Assembly: GCF_009914755.1 (NCBI RefSeq)
Contig: NC_060931.1
From: the human T2T-CHM13v2.0 reference genome, Homo sapiens
DNA: 64,000 nt
Direction: 5' to 3' (one strand)
Under the pieces are notes generated by a model. It had not been told where the DNA came from. It saw nothing but the letters and a program-made list of their open reading frames with translations, and ran no database searches. Made by a program: the position numbers and the translations under genes. Below, in pieces: positions 1-13,884 of this stretch (the first letter of the stretch is position 1; each line of letters opens with the position of its first letter).

Positions 1-24
1 AAGTATTGTCTAATTCAATTTTAT

Positions 25-145
25 CATTTTTGAGATTAGGGAAATGAGGCTCAGAAAAACGTGATGACTTGCTTCAAGTCACAGAACTGGTTAGTAGCAG
101 AGTTAGAGCTTGGAATCAATTGACTCACTGGGCCAGTGCTCTTTA
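25..145 (-). mobile_element. MIR SINE fragment
   Basis: MIR core-like 'gggaaatgaggctcaga...gacttgcttcaagtcacag...tagcagag'. Confidence 0.65.
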
Positions 146-489
146 TGATATACCCAACTGAACTCTCCAGAAAAAATCAGAGGGCTGATGTTTTTCCTCA
201 CCCAATTACCCTAAACAATGTTAATCTCAGTAATCCAATGTAATTAATAAGCTCAAAACTACTTTATACGTGTATCAAAATGCAAAAAAAATTCCCATAG
301 AACATAGTATTAAAAATATTTATTTAAAGTAAGGAAATGTTTAAAAGTATAAATACTGTATTGTTTTCCTACCTGTTGGTTGCTAATCAAAAATTCAATC
401 ATTGAACTTTTTAAATGAGAAAGGTCCTATAACCTAAGAAAAATATATCTGTTGCAGTTGAAAATAATTTTAACCCCTCAACTTATTGT

Positions 490-1070
490 GCATTCTTTCA
501 ACATATATTTGTTAAGCATCACTACATGCCAGCCACTGTGCTGGGAACCAAGAATACCATTTTTCTTACCAGTGCTGTGCTGGTAAATGATTAACAATCA
601 ACTCTCTAAGAAAAAGGAAGTCCAGCTTTATAGCATTTAACAAATGTCCATAGTATGAATACTCCACCATGGCTGATTTCAAACTACCAGTGTGACATCA
701 CAGAAGGTGAAATCAGAAAAACATGCACGGTAACACACCATCACACCATAGGATAACTATCAGCCTTTAAAGGCCAGAACGAGCTGGATTCACCATACCA
801 CTGGACTTTCATGGAGCATCTTCTGTTGGGAAAGGCAGATTTAATAATTTTAGAATTCTTAAGAGAATGCTACAAATTGCACAAGATATTACATATTGTG
901 GTATAAGTGCTATAAAGGAAAGGTAACAGGTGATGGTTCACTGGAAAAGGATTACTTAAAGTGGAGCAGGCATGGCTTTCCGTGATGACATAGGCACTAA
1001 GGGATAAAAATTAGCTGGAGGAAGAGCATCCCAGACAGAGAAAAAACAGCATGGGGAAGGCAGTCAGGAA
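490..1070 (-). mobile_element. L2 LINE 3' fragment interrupted by MER63
   Basis: 'caacatatatttgttaagcatcactacatgccagccactgtgctggg' L2 terminus; resumes after 804 with 'ctttcatggagc...gcatcccagacagag'. Confidence 0.6.
569..804. mobile_element. MER63-like hAT DNA transposon (non-autonomous)
   Basis: Imperfect TIRs ccagtgctgtgctgg ... tcaccataccactgg; start matches recalled MER63 'ccagtg..gtgctggtaaatg'. Confidence 0.6.
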
Positions 1071-2118
1071 AAGTACATTCTGGGAAGCCGCCCAACTTCT
1101 TGCTAATCACCAATACATGCAGAGTGTAGGTGATGCAAAATATTTATTTACTTTTCTTGTTTATTCACCTTTCATTCAAAGTTTGCTGAGGCTGGAACTC
1201 AGGGATTCTCTCCTCCTGCCATTTTCCCCAGAAATCATTGGTGTTTTTCTACTTTTCTGTCCTTCTTCTAGGGTTCTGAAGAAGTGGCACAATCCTTAAC
1301 ATTCCAAATGCCTGCCAGACTCCCTCCAGTGAGGCACAGCCCAACAATGTGTTGTAGGAGAAGGCTTTAAGTCTTTCAGATGGATATATACATTTCACAC
1401 CACCCTCTCTAACACTGATCGTTTCTTAGCACAATAATCATAGATTAATCACATCTACAACTGTATTTTACTTCTTACCAAAGACCTTTTTCCTGTAGGT
1501 AATTAGTGGATAAGAAAGGAAAGGGAGAGGAGTAAGTAATAAAATACCTTCCTGCCACACAGATTTTTTAAATTATTTAAAATTATATGATTATTCTTAA
1601 ATTCTTTTTATCACATAGAAATGAAGAGCAACTTTATATTCTGTAGGCTTTTACATTCATGTCCACAGTTTAATGTCAGGAGAAATTGAGGACATACTAG
1701 AAAAAAGCAATAGATGTTTATAGTACTAAATGTTTCAACGTTCTTTAAAGATGCCTTGTTTAATATTTTAATTAGAAATGTCCACATTGGTCATGTTACC
1801 TCATGTTCTCATTCTCCTAGACATCTCATCTGCACTCAAAGCTTTGAATTTAGCAAATATCTTGCAAGTTCTAATTGGCTGAGATACCAGACTCAGTAGA
1901 GATTCTTTCACTGCTAACAAAAATAATATTAATAGTAGTATTGATTTGATTGCTATGTCTGTAATAATTTCTACAATAAATAGAGCTAAGATAGTAGTGA
2001 AACTATATGACAAGACATATTGAAGAATAGACTTTCTAACTTGTAGACTTAAATGTTCTTTTTATAAAGAATCTTGAAATGACACAAAATTGTTATTCAA
2101 ATTATTTCTATTACTTTT

Positions 2119-3606
2119 TAATTTTTTAACTTTTAATTATTTTTTATTTAATTTTTTTATTTACATAAGATACTGAGGAACAGGTGGTGATAGGTTACAT
2201 GAGTAAGTTCTTTAGCGGTGATTTGTGAGATTTTGGTGCACCCATCACCTGAGCAGTATACACTGCACCCAGTTTGCAGGCTTTTATCCCTCACCCCCTT
2301 CCCACCCTTTTCCCCTGAGCCCCCAAAGTCCATTGTGTCATTCTTATGCCTTTGCATCCTCATAGCTTAGCTCCCACTTATGAGTGAGAACATATAAGGT
2401 TTGGTTTTCCATTCCTGAGCTACTTCACTTAGAATAATAGTGTCCAACCTCATTCATGCTGCTTTGAAAGCCATTAATTCATTCCTTTTTATAGCTGAGT
2501 AGTATTCCATCATATATATCATATATGTGATTTATATATGATATATATGATTTATATGATATATGTGATTTATATATATGATATATATGATTTATATATA
2601 TGATCATATATATCACATATATAACACAGTTTCATGCATATATATCACAGTTTCTTTATCCATTCATTGATTGATGGGCATTTGGGTTGGTTTCACGTTT
2701 TTGCAATTGTGAATTGTGCTGCTATAAACATGTGTGTGCAAGTATCTTTTTCGTATAATGACTTCTTTTCCTCTGGGTAGATACCCAGTAGTAAGATTGC
2801 TGGATCATGTGGTAGATCTATTTTTAGTTCTTTAAGTAATCTCCACACTGTTTTCCACAGTGGTTTCACTAGTTTACATTCCTACCAGCAGTGTAGAAGT
2901 GATCCCTATTCACTGAATCCACATCAACGTCTGTTAATTTTTTAATTTTTTGATTATAGCCCTTCTTGAAGTAGTAAGGTGGTGCTGCATTGTAGTTTTT
3001 ACATGCATTTCCCTGATAATTAGTGATGTTGAGCATTTTTTCATATATTTGTTGGCCATTTGTATATATTATTTTGAGAATTGTCTATTCATGTCCTTAG
3101 CCTACTTTTTGATAGGATTGTTTGATTTTTCTTGCTACTTTGTTTGAATGCATTGTAGATTCTGGATATTAGTCCTTTGTCAGATGTATAGATTGTGAAG
3201 ATTTTCTCCCACTCTGTGGGTTGTCTGTTTACTCTGCTGACTGTTCCTTTTGCCATGCAAAAGCTCTTTAATTTAATTAAGTTCCAGCTATTTATCTTTG
3301 TTGTTATTGCATTTGCTTTTGGGTTCTTGGTCATGAAATCCTTGCCTAAGCCAACATCTAGAAGGGTTTTTCCAACGTTACCTTCTAGAATTTCTATAGT
3401 TTCAGATATTAGATTTAACTCATCAACCCATCTTGAGGTGATTTTTGTATAAGAGATGAGGATCCACTTTCATTCTCCTACATATGGCTTGCCAATTATT
3501 CCAGCACCATTTGCCAAATAGGTGTCCTTTCCCCACTTAATGTTTTTGTTTGCTTTATCAAAGATCAGTTGGCTTTAAGTATTTGGGCTTATTTCTGGGC
3601 TCTCTC
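2119..3606 (-). mobile_element. L1PB1-like LINE, 3' portion (polyA tail, 3'UTR, end of ORF2)
   Basis: T-rich tail; 'ggttacatgagtaagttctttagcggtgatttgtgagattttggtgcacccatcacc' L1PB 3'UTR; ORF 3089..3334 encodes ORF2p-like '[20 protein letters not shown]'. Confidence 0.92.
2510..2645. repeat. Degenerate (TA)n/TATATGA microsatellite expansion inside L1 3'UTR
   Basis: 'catatatatcatatatgtgatttatatatgatatatatg...'. Confidence 0.85.
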
Positions 3607-4329
3607 TTCAACATATACTGAAAGTCCTAGCCAGAGCAATCAGATAACAGAAAGAAATAAAGGGCATGGAAATTGGTAAAGAGGAAGTCAAACTGTCACT
3701 GTTTGCTGATGATAAAATTTTTTACCTAGAACACCTTAAATGACTCCAAAAAGCTCCTAGAACTGATAAAAGAATTTAGCAAAGTTTCTGGATACAAAAT
3801 TAAAGTACACGAATCACTAGCTCTCCTATACACCAACAGTGACCAAGCTGAGAATCAAATCAAACACTCAACCTCTTTTACAAATGCTGAAAACAAACAC
3901 ACAAACAAACAACAACAACAAAAAATGCTTAGGAATACACCTAACCAAAGAGGTGAAAGACCTCTACAAGGAAAACTACAAAACATTGCTGAAAGAAATC
4001 ATAGATGACACAAACAAATGGAAACACATCCCATGCTCATGGATGAGTAGAATCAATATTGTGAAAATGACCATACTGCCAAAAAGCAATCTACAAATTC
4101 AATGCAATTCCCATCAAAATGCCACCATCATTCTTCACAGAACTAGAAAACACAATCCTAAAATTTGTACAGAACCAAAAAAGAGCCCACATAGCCCAAG
4201 CAAGACTAAGCAAAAAGAATAAATCTGGAGGCATCACATTACCTGATTTCAAACTATACTATAAAGCCATAGTCACCAAAACAGCATGGTACTGGTATAA
4301 AAATAGGCACATAGACCAGTAGAACAGAA
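3607..4329 (+). mobile_element. Inverted 5' segment of the same L1 (ORF2 RT region, decayed)
   Basis: LFADD RT motif at 3699-3713; ORFs give '[27 protein letters not shown]' and '[23 protein letters not shown]'; TSD tatttctattactttt at 2103-2118 and 4330-4345. Confidence 0.93.
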
Positions 4330-5030
4330 TATTTCTATTACTTTTACCAGAGCTGCCACATTCAAGTTCCATCCATTTCAACATGGAATTAATAAAAATG
4401 AGGGATTATTTCATCAATTGGACACTGCAAAATATTTTGTGATCCAATTTTTGGTTTTCAAGAATAATGTTCTAAAAGAGGTACTTGGTGAGGAAAAGAA
4501 AATACACTTTAGTCTGTATTGAGAATTTTTAAAAAAGTGTCCCCAGGCTTCTACAAAGACTGTCAGTCATTAAAGCAGATCTGACAGATCTGGTTTTAAT
4601 CCCTTTTAATCAATCAGTATCAGTTTTATCACCCAGAACTGCCTTTAAGCCTGCATAATTAATCAGGCACCTACCTGTAGAGAGCATACCTCTGTAAGCT
4701 GACCATCAATATCAGTCTTATGGTTTGAAGAACAGCCAATAAATGGCAGATTCACTCCAATGAATGCTCTTCAGAAGCTATGTTGACCCACTCCTTCTGC
4801 TGTAAACAACACAAATTCAAAAGAATGTTACTCCCAATCCCCATCTGAAATCAATTTTTTTTCAGTAGACTGAGTTGAACCAACATAGCTCTTGATTACT
4901 TAAGTAATAACTTCAGCCTTTTGTTTCAGATATCATGGGGTTGTCTCATCTTTCTACAGGGTCGGCTGAAAGTTACTTTTTGTTATGCTATTAAAATTCA
5001 AATACATTAACATTTTCTAAGAAAATAATA

Positions 5031-5730
<700 letters not shown>

Positions 5731-5739
5731 TAACATACC

Positions 5740-6200
5740 AGATACATACTAATATAAGGATATAGAAATCAAGACATGCCTATTCTCTGGGTTCTCTCCA
5801 TTGATAAAAGACAACACAAGTAAAACAATAATTTAAAACAATTTTTAAAAATAATTGAAATTTAAAACAATAATTAAGATAATTTTACAGGTGCTAAAAA
5901 GAATACCATGAGAGTGATGAAAGTGTTCCATAAGGGACTGTGGATATGGAAGGTAACAGAAATGGCTTCCCACTGATGCTTGGTTGAGTCCTGAGGAATA
6001 CGTAGAAGTTACACAGCTGGATGCAAAAGGGAACAACATTCCAGCCAAGTAGAAAGTAGGCTTTAAGCCATAGGAGGCAGATAATATGGCTGGTTTGAAG
6101 CATTTGATGTAATTCAGTTTATTTGATGAGTAGAGCAGTGACAGGAAAGGAAGTCAGAGAAATAAATACAGACTAGTGCAGAAAAATCTTCATGTTCCAT
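5740..6200 (-). mobile_element. L2 fragment
   Basis: 'ggcttcccactgatgcttggttgagtcctgagg..gggaacaacattccagcc' L2-like. Confidence 0.5.
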
Positions 6201-6259
6201 GCATTTAGAAAATCAAGATACGACAAGGAGAATACAGTAAAAGTAGCGATGTTGTATTA

Positions 6260-7610
6260 TTAGAGTGTAACTGCATACTGACCTAAATAATTGAATTTAA
6301 AAAAAGGGGAGAGAATGGACACTCTTCTATGCAGAATTCCAAATTGTTTAAGTAATAATGCCTCTTGCAGGAGGTAGAGCACTGCTCTCCCCCACCCCAT
6401 TAAATGTGGTCCACACAGTGACATTTTTCCAAAGAGTACAGGAAGACGGGGAAGAGAGTAACTTTCCAGTGGAGAAACCTGAAAAACACTAGCTAGGTCA
6501 TCAGGCTTACTGCCAACAGTGACAAGTCATGTTGATAGCAGGTACTGTTATCTGTGGAGTGTCTTGAATGCTAGTTTTCCAGGTTCTTGGCATTTTGAAC
6601 AAAGAATTGGATAAAACACACAATGCAATCAAAGAATGAAGCAACAATACCATAGATTTATTGAAACGAAAGTACACACTACAGAGTAGGAGAGGGCCCA
6701 AGCAAGCGGCTCAAGAAAGCAGCTCAAGAGCACTAGTTACAGAATTTTCTGGGGTTTAAATACTTTGCAGAGATTTCCTACTGGTTACTTGGTTTACACC
6801 CTATGTAGATGAAGGATTGGTCTGTGACCAGGCTGAGTGGTCACAAAAGGCAACCAATCAGAGGCTGTAGTGAAGTTACAAAGTTCCACCCCTATGCAAA
6901 TAAAGACTGGGCCCACAACCAGTCTGATTTGTTGTGGGATGGGAGGAATCAGAGTACTTTCCATTTTTCACCTATGACGCAGAAAAGGTGGGGGAGGTTT
7001 GCAAGGGGAGTCGCCTCTGATCCTTTTGTTATTTGGTGCAGAAAGTTGGGGTTTTCCTTTCGATGCAGTTTTAGGAAGTCAGCACAAATCGGCCTTAGGT
7101 TCCCTGCATCCAGACCCCATTCTCCTGCCTCAGTACTTCTTGAAATAATGTGATGAGAATGGCACTTTACAGTGGTCTCCTGCCAAAACCCATAACCCCA
7201 GTCTAATTATTATGAAAACATTAGCAAATGCAAACTGAGGGACATTGTACAAAATTTCTGACCAGTACTCAAAACTCTCAAATGGGTTATCAAAACAAGG
7301 AAAGTCTGAGAAACTGTGACCACAAAGAAGACCCTAAAGAGATGCAATGACTAAATGTAATGTGGGACTCTAGTTGGGGTCCTGTGACAGACCATTAGGT
7401 AAAAACTAAGGAAATCTGAATACAATATGGATGACTGTTAATAATAATGTAACATATTGGTTTCTTAGCTGTGGTAAATGTGCCATAGTAATGTAAGATG
7501 TTGCCAATAGTGGAAAATGGGCGTATGGTATGTGAGAACTCTGTAACATCTTTACAACTTTTCTGTACATCTAAAACTATTCTAAAGTTTTAAATGTTTG
7601 CTTAAAAATA
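6260..7610 (+). mobile_element. L1MC (L1MC4-like) 3'UTR split by MER51 LTR
   Basis: 'gcagaattccaaa..gaggtagagc', 'gatgagaatggcacttt..cccataaccccagtctaat', ending 'ctaaaactattctaaa'. Confidence 0.75.
6546..7132 (-). mobile_element. MER51 (ERV1) solo LTR
   Basis: Minus strand begins tgaggcaggagaatggggtctggatgcagggaacctaaggcc; TG..CA termini; 4-bp TSD gtac at 6542-6545 and 7133-7136. Confidence 0.88.
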
Positions 7611-8062
7611 GCAACATAGAAAAAAATTTCTTAAAATATAGGTGATGGAAAAGTTAGGTTTGCCATTGGAGGAGTAAAATAACTTCTGCCCCTCCCCTAT
7701 TTCCCCATATCCTGTTATGGAAGAATCACAATATACTACAAATCCTCATAAAGTTTTCTTTCCTTTTTTTTTTTAGACACAACTTACAGAGGGACTCTCT
7801 ACCTTGAGGATTTGATTTAACCTAAAGCATGGAAACGTGTACCATTCAGAGTTTCAGCCCTGTCTTTATATAGGCAATAATTTATAGGTGGCCCAAAAAT
7901 TGAATCATTGTTACGCATTTCTTAGGTGGGTCGCCCCACACTATAGCCTGTAAGACAATGGTGAAAAAACGAAGGAGTGAAGAAGACAGAGTTTTGTTGT
8001 GATATAAAGCTCTAATCTGATAAAGTTAGGTAGATCTGTGAGATAATATTGTCTTTGAATTA

Positions 8063-8112
8063 GGTGTGTGTGTGTTTGTGTGTATGAGTGTGTGTGTGTG
8101 TGTGTGTGTGTG
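8063..8112. repeat. (TG)n microsatellite, interrupted
   Basis: Direct inspection. Confidence 0.95.
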
Positions 8113-8605
8113 AAGTGCTCACCAGAGGCGATTAACAATGACATCTCAAGGAAAACCAGATAAGGGTGCCAATGTCTTCCTTCAACCCTTCAGCTAGAGC
8201 TACCTCACTTGTCATTCAGAGCCACTCATTTTCAAGATTTATTGTTCACAAGAATTACTGGAGATATCTGTTCAAAATGCACTCTTATTTCTTACATCTA
8301 GGGTGGAGCACAAGAATTACACTTTTATATGCCTTCAAAAAAGGGGTGTGATGAAAGAAATTAGCAGACCGAATTTGGAGCAGAACAAATCAAGAGTAAA
8401 TAATTCAATCTCCAAATTTAATAATTGATGTATGGGCCCAAAGGCTAGATTAATAGTGGAGAGTGAGATTTTAACTTGTGCAGTTTAGAAGTCCACAGAG
8501 ATCATGAATTTCAGCATCAGGAATTTCAAAAAGGCACCACCTTTGGAAGAACAAAATAGGAAAGGGGTCACAGTGAAGTGTATGGCTTCGTAAACAGAGC
8601 AAGGA

Positions 8606-9090
8606 TGTAATAGGCTAAATAATGGCCACCCAATATTAGGTCCTAAACCCTGGAACCTATAAAAGTTCCCTCATAAGGAAAGAGAGTATTTGCAGATGTG
8701 ATTAAGTTAAGGATCTTGAGATGAGGAGATTAATTATCTGGATGGGCCTTAAATCCAATTTCAATTATCTTTAAAACAGAGGGGCAAAAGAAGGTCACAG
8801 GCAAAGAAGAGGAGAAGGTGATGTGAGAATGAAGGCAGAAATTTCATTCTGTGTCTGCATGATACAGACACAAGCAAAGGAATGTTGCCAGCCATGAGAA
8901 GCTGGAAGAAGGGAAAGAATTCTCCCATGGAACCTTCAGGGGAAGTGTGCCTCTGGTAATGCCTTGATTTTGGCCCAGTGATACTGATGATGAATTTCTG
9001 GCTCCCAGAATTGTGAGAAACTAAATTTCTGTTGTTTTCAGATACTAAATTTATGGTAATTTGTTATAACAGCCACAAGAAATTAACACA
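8606..9090 (+). mobile_element. MLT1 (C/D-like) MaLR solo LTR
   Basis: 'tttgcagatgtgattaagttaaggatcttgagatgagg' and end 'ggtaatttgttataacagccacaagaaattaacaca'. Confidence 0.85.
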
Positions 9091-9810
9091 AAACGCTAAA
9101 TTTCAACCCCAAAACTTGCTGGGAATACTGTGGCCCTGCATATTGTATTCCTAAAAAACAGTAAGAGATGTACACTCTTTAGAGTGGAGAGCGTAGGTGA
9201 GAGGCTAGGACCTAGAGTGTCTTCATGAGATAACCCATCTGAAGAATTTTACTTAAGTCTTTGATTTTACTTTCAGCTATTAGGACAATCATATAAGAGC
9301 ACAGTTTTAATATGCCTCTCCTATGACAGTAAATGTATTTAGTTTCTACAATCTCTCAGCAACATCTAAAATCTCAGTATAGTCCAGGGATCTACGCAAA
9401 TATAGAGGAAAACACATGCAGCAATAAAGAGAAGTGCATCCTGTCCCTCATTCACCCTTTCATGTTGTTCCCACTGCAGGAAGAATCCTATGGAGGAGGC
9501 AAATTTCAGGAGCTCCAAACAGTGAGAACAACTACAGGGAAAAGTTGGCCCCTGGGAGCTGTGAAAGATGTGTGGAGAACATGGAGAAGAACCAACAGCC
9601 AGCAGATAATGCAGAAGCAAACCCAAGACAAACCTTTCTTAAGAGTAGTGACCCTTGGATTACATTGTTTTAAGGAAGTATTAACTGAGCCAATTTTTAT
9701 ACCAATTGTTTTCTAGTTTCTTCCTTCTCTCCTTCCTTTTTTCTCTCCTTCCTTCTTTCCTTACACACATACACACAACACACACACATTTATGTATCAG
9801 TATGTATGTG

Positions 9811-10149
9811 TAGTCAGTCCTCCATATCTATGAGTTCTGCATTAATGAATTAAACCAATCAAATATAGATAATATTCAGGAAAAAAAATGAATGATTGTG
9901 TCTGAACTTTGCAAATACAGATTTCTTTACCTGTCATTCCCTAAACAATACAGGGTAAAATCTATTTACATAAATTTACATTGTATTAGGTGTTATAAGT
10001 AATCTAGACATGATTTAAAGTATATGAAAGGATGTGTGTGGGTTATATGCAAATACTGCACCATTTTATATCAGGGACCTGAGCATCCATAAATTTTGGT
10101 ATCCATGGGCTTCCTGTAACCAATCTCCATGGATACTGAGAGATAACTA
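9811..10149. mobile_element. MER2 (Tigger-derived) DNA transposon
   Basis: 'ccctaaacaataca..tttacattgtattaggtgttataagtaatctaga..aatactgcaccattttatatcagggacctgagcatcc'; imperfect TIRs. Confidence 0.85.
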
Positions 10150-10151
10150 TA

Positions 10152-10660
10152 TATTGGTTTTGCCTGCTCCAGTGCTAGAATAACTTTTCTGCTAGTAATT
10201 CCACTAAAGAGAAAATCAGGGATCCTATTCCATCATGGAAGCTGTAAGGGCATACATACTATATGCTCTCCCTTCCTTAGAAAATAGAGAGTGAGTACAT
10301 GCCCTAGGCTAGGCCAATTGTATACCCTGTATTTTTAATTTCAAAAATGTTATATGAGGTTTTGGAATCAATCTGAGTTCATTCAAGGTTCCTGTGGTAG
10401 CAGCAGATGTCCTTAAGTCATGACTGACTCCAAGCGTCTTCCTTCTTTACCAATCAGCCTTGGTAAAACCCCAGGCTTCCTTCCTTTTCCTTGAGATATC
10501 CCTCATTAAAAAATATTCTACTTATTGCAATAACCTGAATAAAATCCTCTCCTTGATTTTTTTCAGGGCATTTTGTCTTAGACAACCGTTAGAATAAATT
10601 AGCTTTTTCTTTAGGTTAGCGAAAGTTGGGTTATATTTTTTACAAACAGAAATCCTTACC
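10152..10660 (+). mobile_element. Old ERVL-class LTR (LTR33-like), degraded
   Basis: 'gagtacatgccctaggctaggccaat' and terminal 'ttttcttaggttagcgaaagttgggtt..caaacagaaatcc'. Confidence 0.45.
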
Positions 10661-11059
10661 AGTTCAATTTTTATTTTAGATGGCTGTTGTTTAAGTGTAC
10701 TCACTCAAAGATTTTCATCATGTAGGTTTTAATAGTTAAGAAGTATTACTTTGTATACAAAGTGAGATACAGCAGTGATAGTAGAGTCAAATATTACAGA
10801 TGACCTAGAACATATGTTACCAAATATAACAAAAGGATAAACTTTAAAGCTTTCACTGATACTCCTCATCTCAAATACTTTCCACAGGATAATACAAGAT
10901 ATATGGATCACACAACTGATGCGACTATAAGCATTTTGAAAAGTAGCCTTTCTTTTCCGCTTTCTGTCTATTCTCAATTTTTATGAACTTATTTTCTGTC
11001 AATGTATTGGAAACAGAAACCATTTACAGCCACTAACTTATTGTCTTCATTAGCATAAC

Positions 11060-11495
11060 TTTGCCATTCCAGAAAATGTTTCCCCAGGAACATGGAGTTG
11101 TAAATAACTTTTCTGAAAATATATTTATCAGAACTATAGACTATTAAACTGGTTATCTTTTAGGACTAGTTAATATAACCCATTCTCTAACCAACAGATA
11201 ACTCAACCAGGTTCAGCACCTGATGGGTTACTCTTCAAGGACTCCCTTCTAAATCTCACTTTGCTGTGTCCACAATTCTAAATTGCTATACAATAGCATT
11301 TTCTCACTCTCATTCAGTATTTTACACAGAAAGATATGCCTTGAACCAGACCACCCAAAAGTTGTAAATATTCTGTCTTTAAACTTCCCCTTTGGTAGAA
11401 TTCTTTCAAGGTAGTGTCCTCTCTTTCTGCAGTAAGCAATACATTTGTCTTTGCTTGAACAATAGGTTATATGGTGATTTCTTCAGGAAGTCAAT
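11060..11495 (+). mobile_element. Probable old ERV1-class LTR fragment (MER31/34/67-like)
   Basis: LTR-like 3' end 'caaggtagtgtcctctctttctgcagtaagcaatacatttgtctttgcttg'. Confidence 0.35.
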
Positions 11496-13884
11496 AATCA
11501 ATATTATGGAATACTTATGGAAGCAATAATTTTGATAAAGAGTAGGAACAGATAACATCTTTTTATAAATAGATTTAACCATCTCCCATTCCTGATCCTA
11601 ATGGGCATAAGAGGTGGCATTAGAGTTTCTAATCACATAAACCAGTTCAGGTTCTTTCCTGAGATTTCATATAAAACTTCACTCCTTATTTCTCACAGGC
11701 CACTATACCCCTGAAATTATGCAAATAAGAAGGGGAGAAAAGGTTATATTCTGACTGTGAAAGATAATCATGACAGTTAAATTATAGTAGCCATTGTTAT
11801 TATATATTATTATAGTGGTTCTATTACTTCATTCTCAAAAATGATACAGTATATCTGTGAGGGAATACACAAATGCAAGAAGAGTGAGGAACAGAAGGCA
11901 AAAAGAGGACACTTTAAACTGTTATCATCTAGAAGTAGAAAAGGGAAAATCGTAACTAATTATTAAATCAAATCACGTTAAATCAGCACTAGATTGTAGT
12001 AACTGCTTAGTAATTTGATAGCCCAGCAAAGCAGCCATTACCTAATGATGACAGCTATTTACCCAGATGGAAAGTCACAGGGAATTGGAACTACTGCCAC
12101 ACAGCATTAATCAGAATAGCCATCAGTAATGGCCCCTTTAGAGTACCAAATCAGTCATGATTAGTAGAGGTGGTTCAAGTTCAAAGGGTTGAGAAGTTAG
12201 ACAGCATGTCTCTTGGTCCCAGGACCAGGACTCTGCTGTTCACCAATCTGTTTGCCTCAGAGTTTTATGAGCTGGATAGAACATGTTTCAAGGGATGCAA
12301 AGCCCTATATGGGCTAGGTGGCTTTGTTCTACTCAGCCATCTTTAAGGCATAGTAGAAATACTGAAACGGCTGTTTTTTAACTCAACTAAGTCAAAATGC
12401 CTGCTTCAAAATATAAACACTTCATCCCCCATTATCACCTCACTGTTTACCCCGGCTCTGATCCTTCACTCATCCCTGAGCCTCAAGCCTCTTCTGATTC
12501 TCCATGTATCCCGAAACATCACACCAAGCATTAATTTAATGCATTTCTCACCTCGTCTCTCATCTTCTGGAGTAAGTATCAGAGACTTGGAGATAAAGTC
12601 TACTAAACACAGGACTGATCATATAAAAAAAAGTTTAAAAGTCTAGTAATTTATTTTTAAGTTTCTGTCAAAATACTCCTGAATGCAAATATTCTAGGCA
12701 TCAACATGGTTAAGCAAAATGATGTGTCAAGAAAAGATGAGCCCATTAATGTAGTGAATCATTGTTCATAAGGATCAGATGAAATATAAAATAGAGTGAT
12801 ACAAAACCAGAGAATACAGCCTCTACTCTTGGTGCTTCAAACTATTTTAGTCTGTACAAGACAGCACCTAGTTTTAATTAGAGAGGACATGAACAAGTCT
12901 CAAAACAGGTTGCTATGACTACAGAAGTGATCCAGTGGTCTGTAGCATAGGCAGATAGGGTGAATTAATATTCATAATCTCTCATCCAGAAGGTTGGAAG
13001 TCCCCACTGAGAGAAATGGGAAAAGGTATAAAACAGGCCAGTTAGAAATGGCTCATTGATTCTCTTCAATAAGAGGAACTCTCAGTAGATGGAGTAAATC
13101 TTGAAGACACAGGTGAGAGAAAATAACAGCACTCAAAAGGCTAAAATTCTGAGAAGGGTTGGTTGGTTCTAAGTAACAAATATTACATAGCTACTGATGG
13201 TCTAGTTATAAATAAAGAAGCAGAGAATCAAGAAAGCTTTACACATTTTTTAGCTTTATTTACTCCAAAAGTGATATATTTTTACAAAAGTAATTTGTGC
13301 TTAATACAAAAAGATTAGAAAATAAAATGTGAAAGACAAATACATAAAAATCATCCATAATCCAATCACTGGAAATAAACATTTTGTTGTACATTCTTTA
13401 ATATCATGCACTATATACATAATCACTATTTATTTGAAAAGTAAAAATAAAACTTTAATGTCTGGTGTGGAGGGCATTAGGTACTCTGAGACACTCTTCC
13501 AAGGTAGAACAGCTAGACTGTAGACAGAAGAAAGCAAAATTCATGAGCTGATTACAGAGTTAGTAGTAACGATATTTGGCTACACAGGGGCATGCAGATT
13601 GCCCTGCAGTTAGATTTTTTTTTGAAATAGCACTATAACAGGAAAACTGAGTCTTAAACTAGCATCAAAGTGTTAGTGTTTTAACTGTAACTCAAATTAA
13701 GCCAGGACATCAAGGATGGCCGAAATTGTTATAAGTCCAGAAGTAAATCAAAGATTTCAGCAGAAGTAGACAAAAATCAACTCTACAAAAAGTGTGATCT
13801 AATTTAAGCCATACAATTTGCATAGATGAAGGTCAAGTACCAAACTCACAATCATGGACAATCCCAACACGTTAAAAAGCAAGT

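Noticed and set aside
3839-4322. Active L1 ORF2
   Set aside because: Truncated, inverted and frameshifted.
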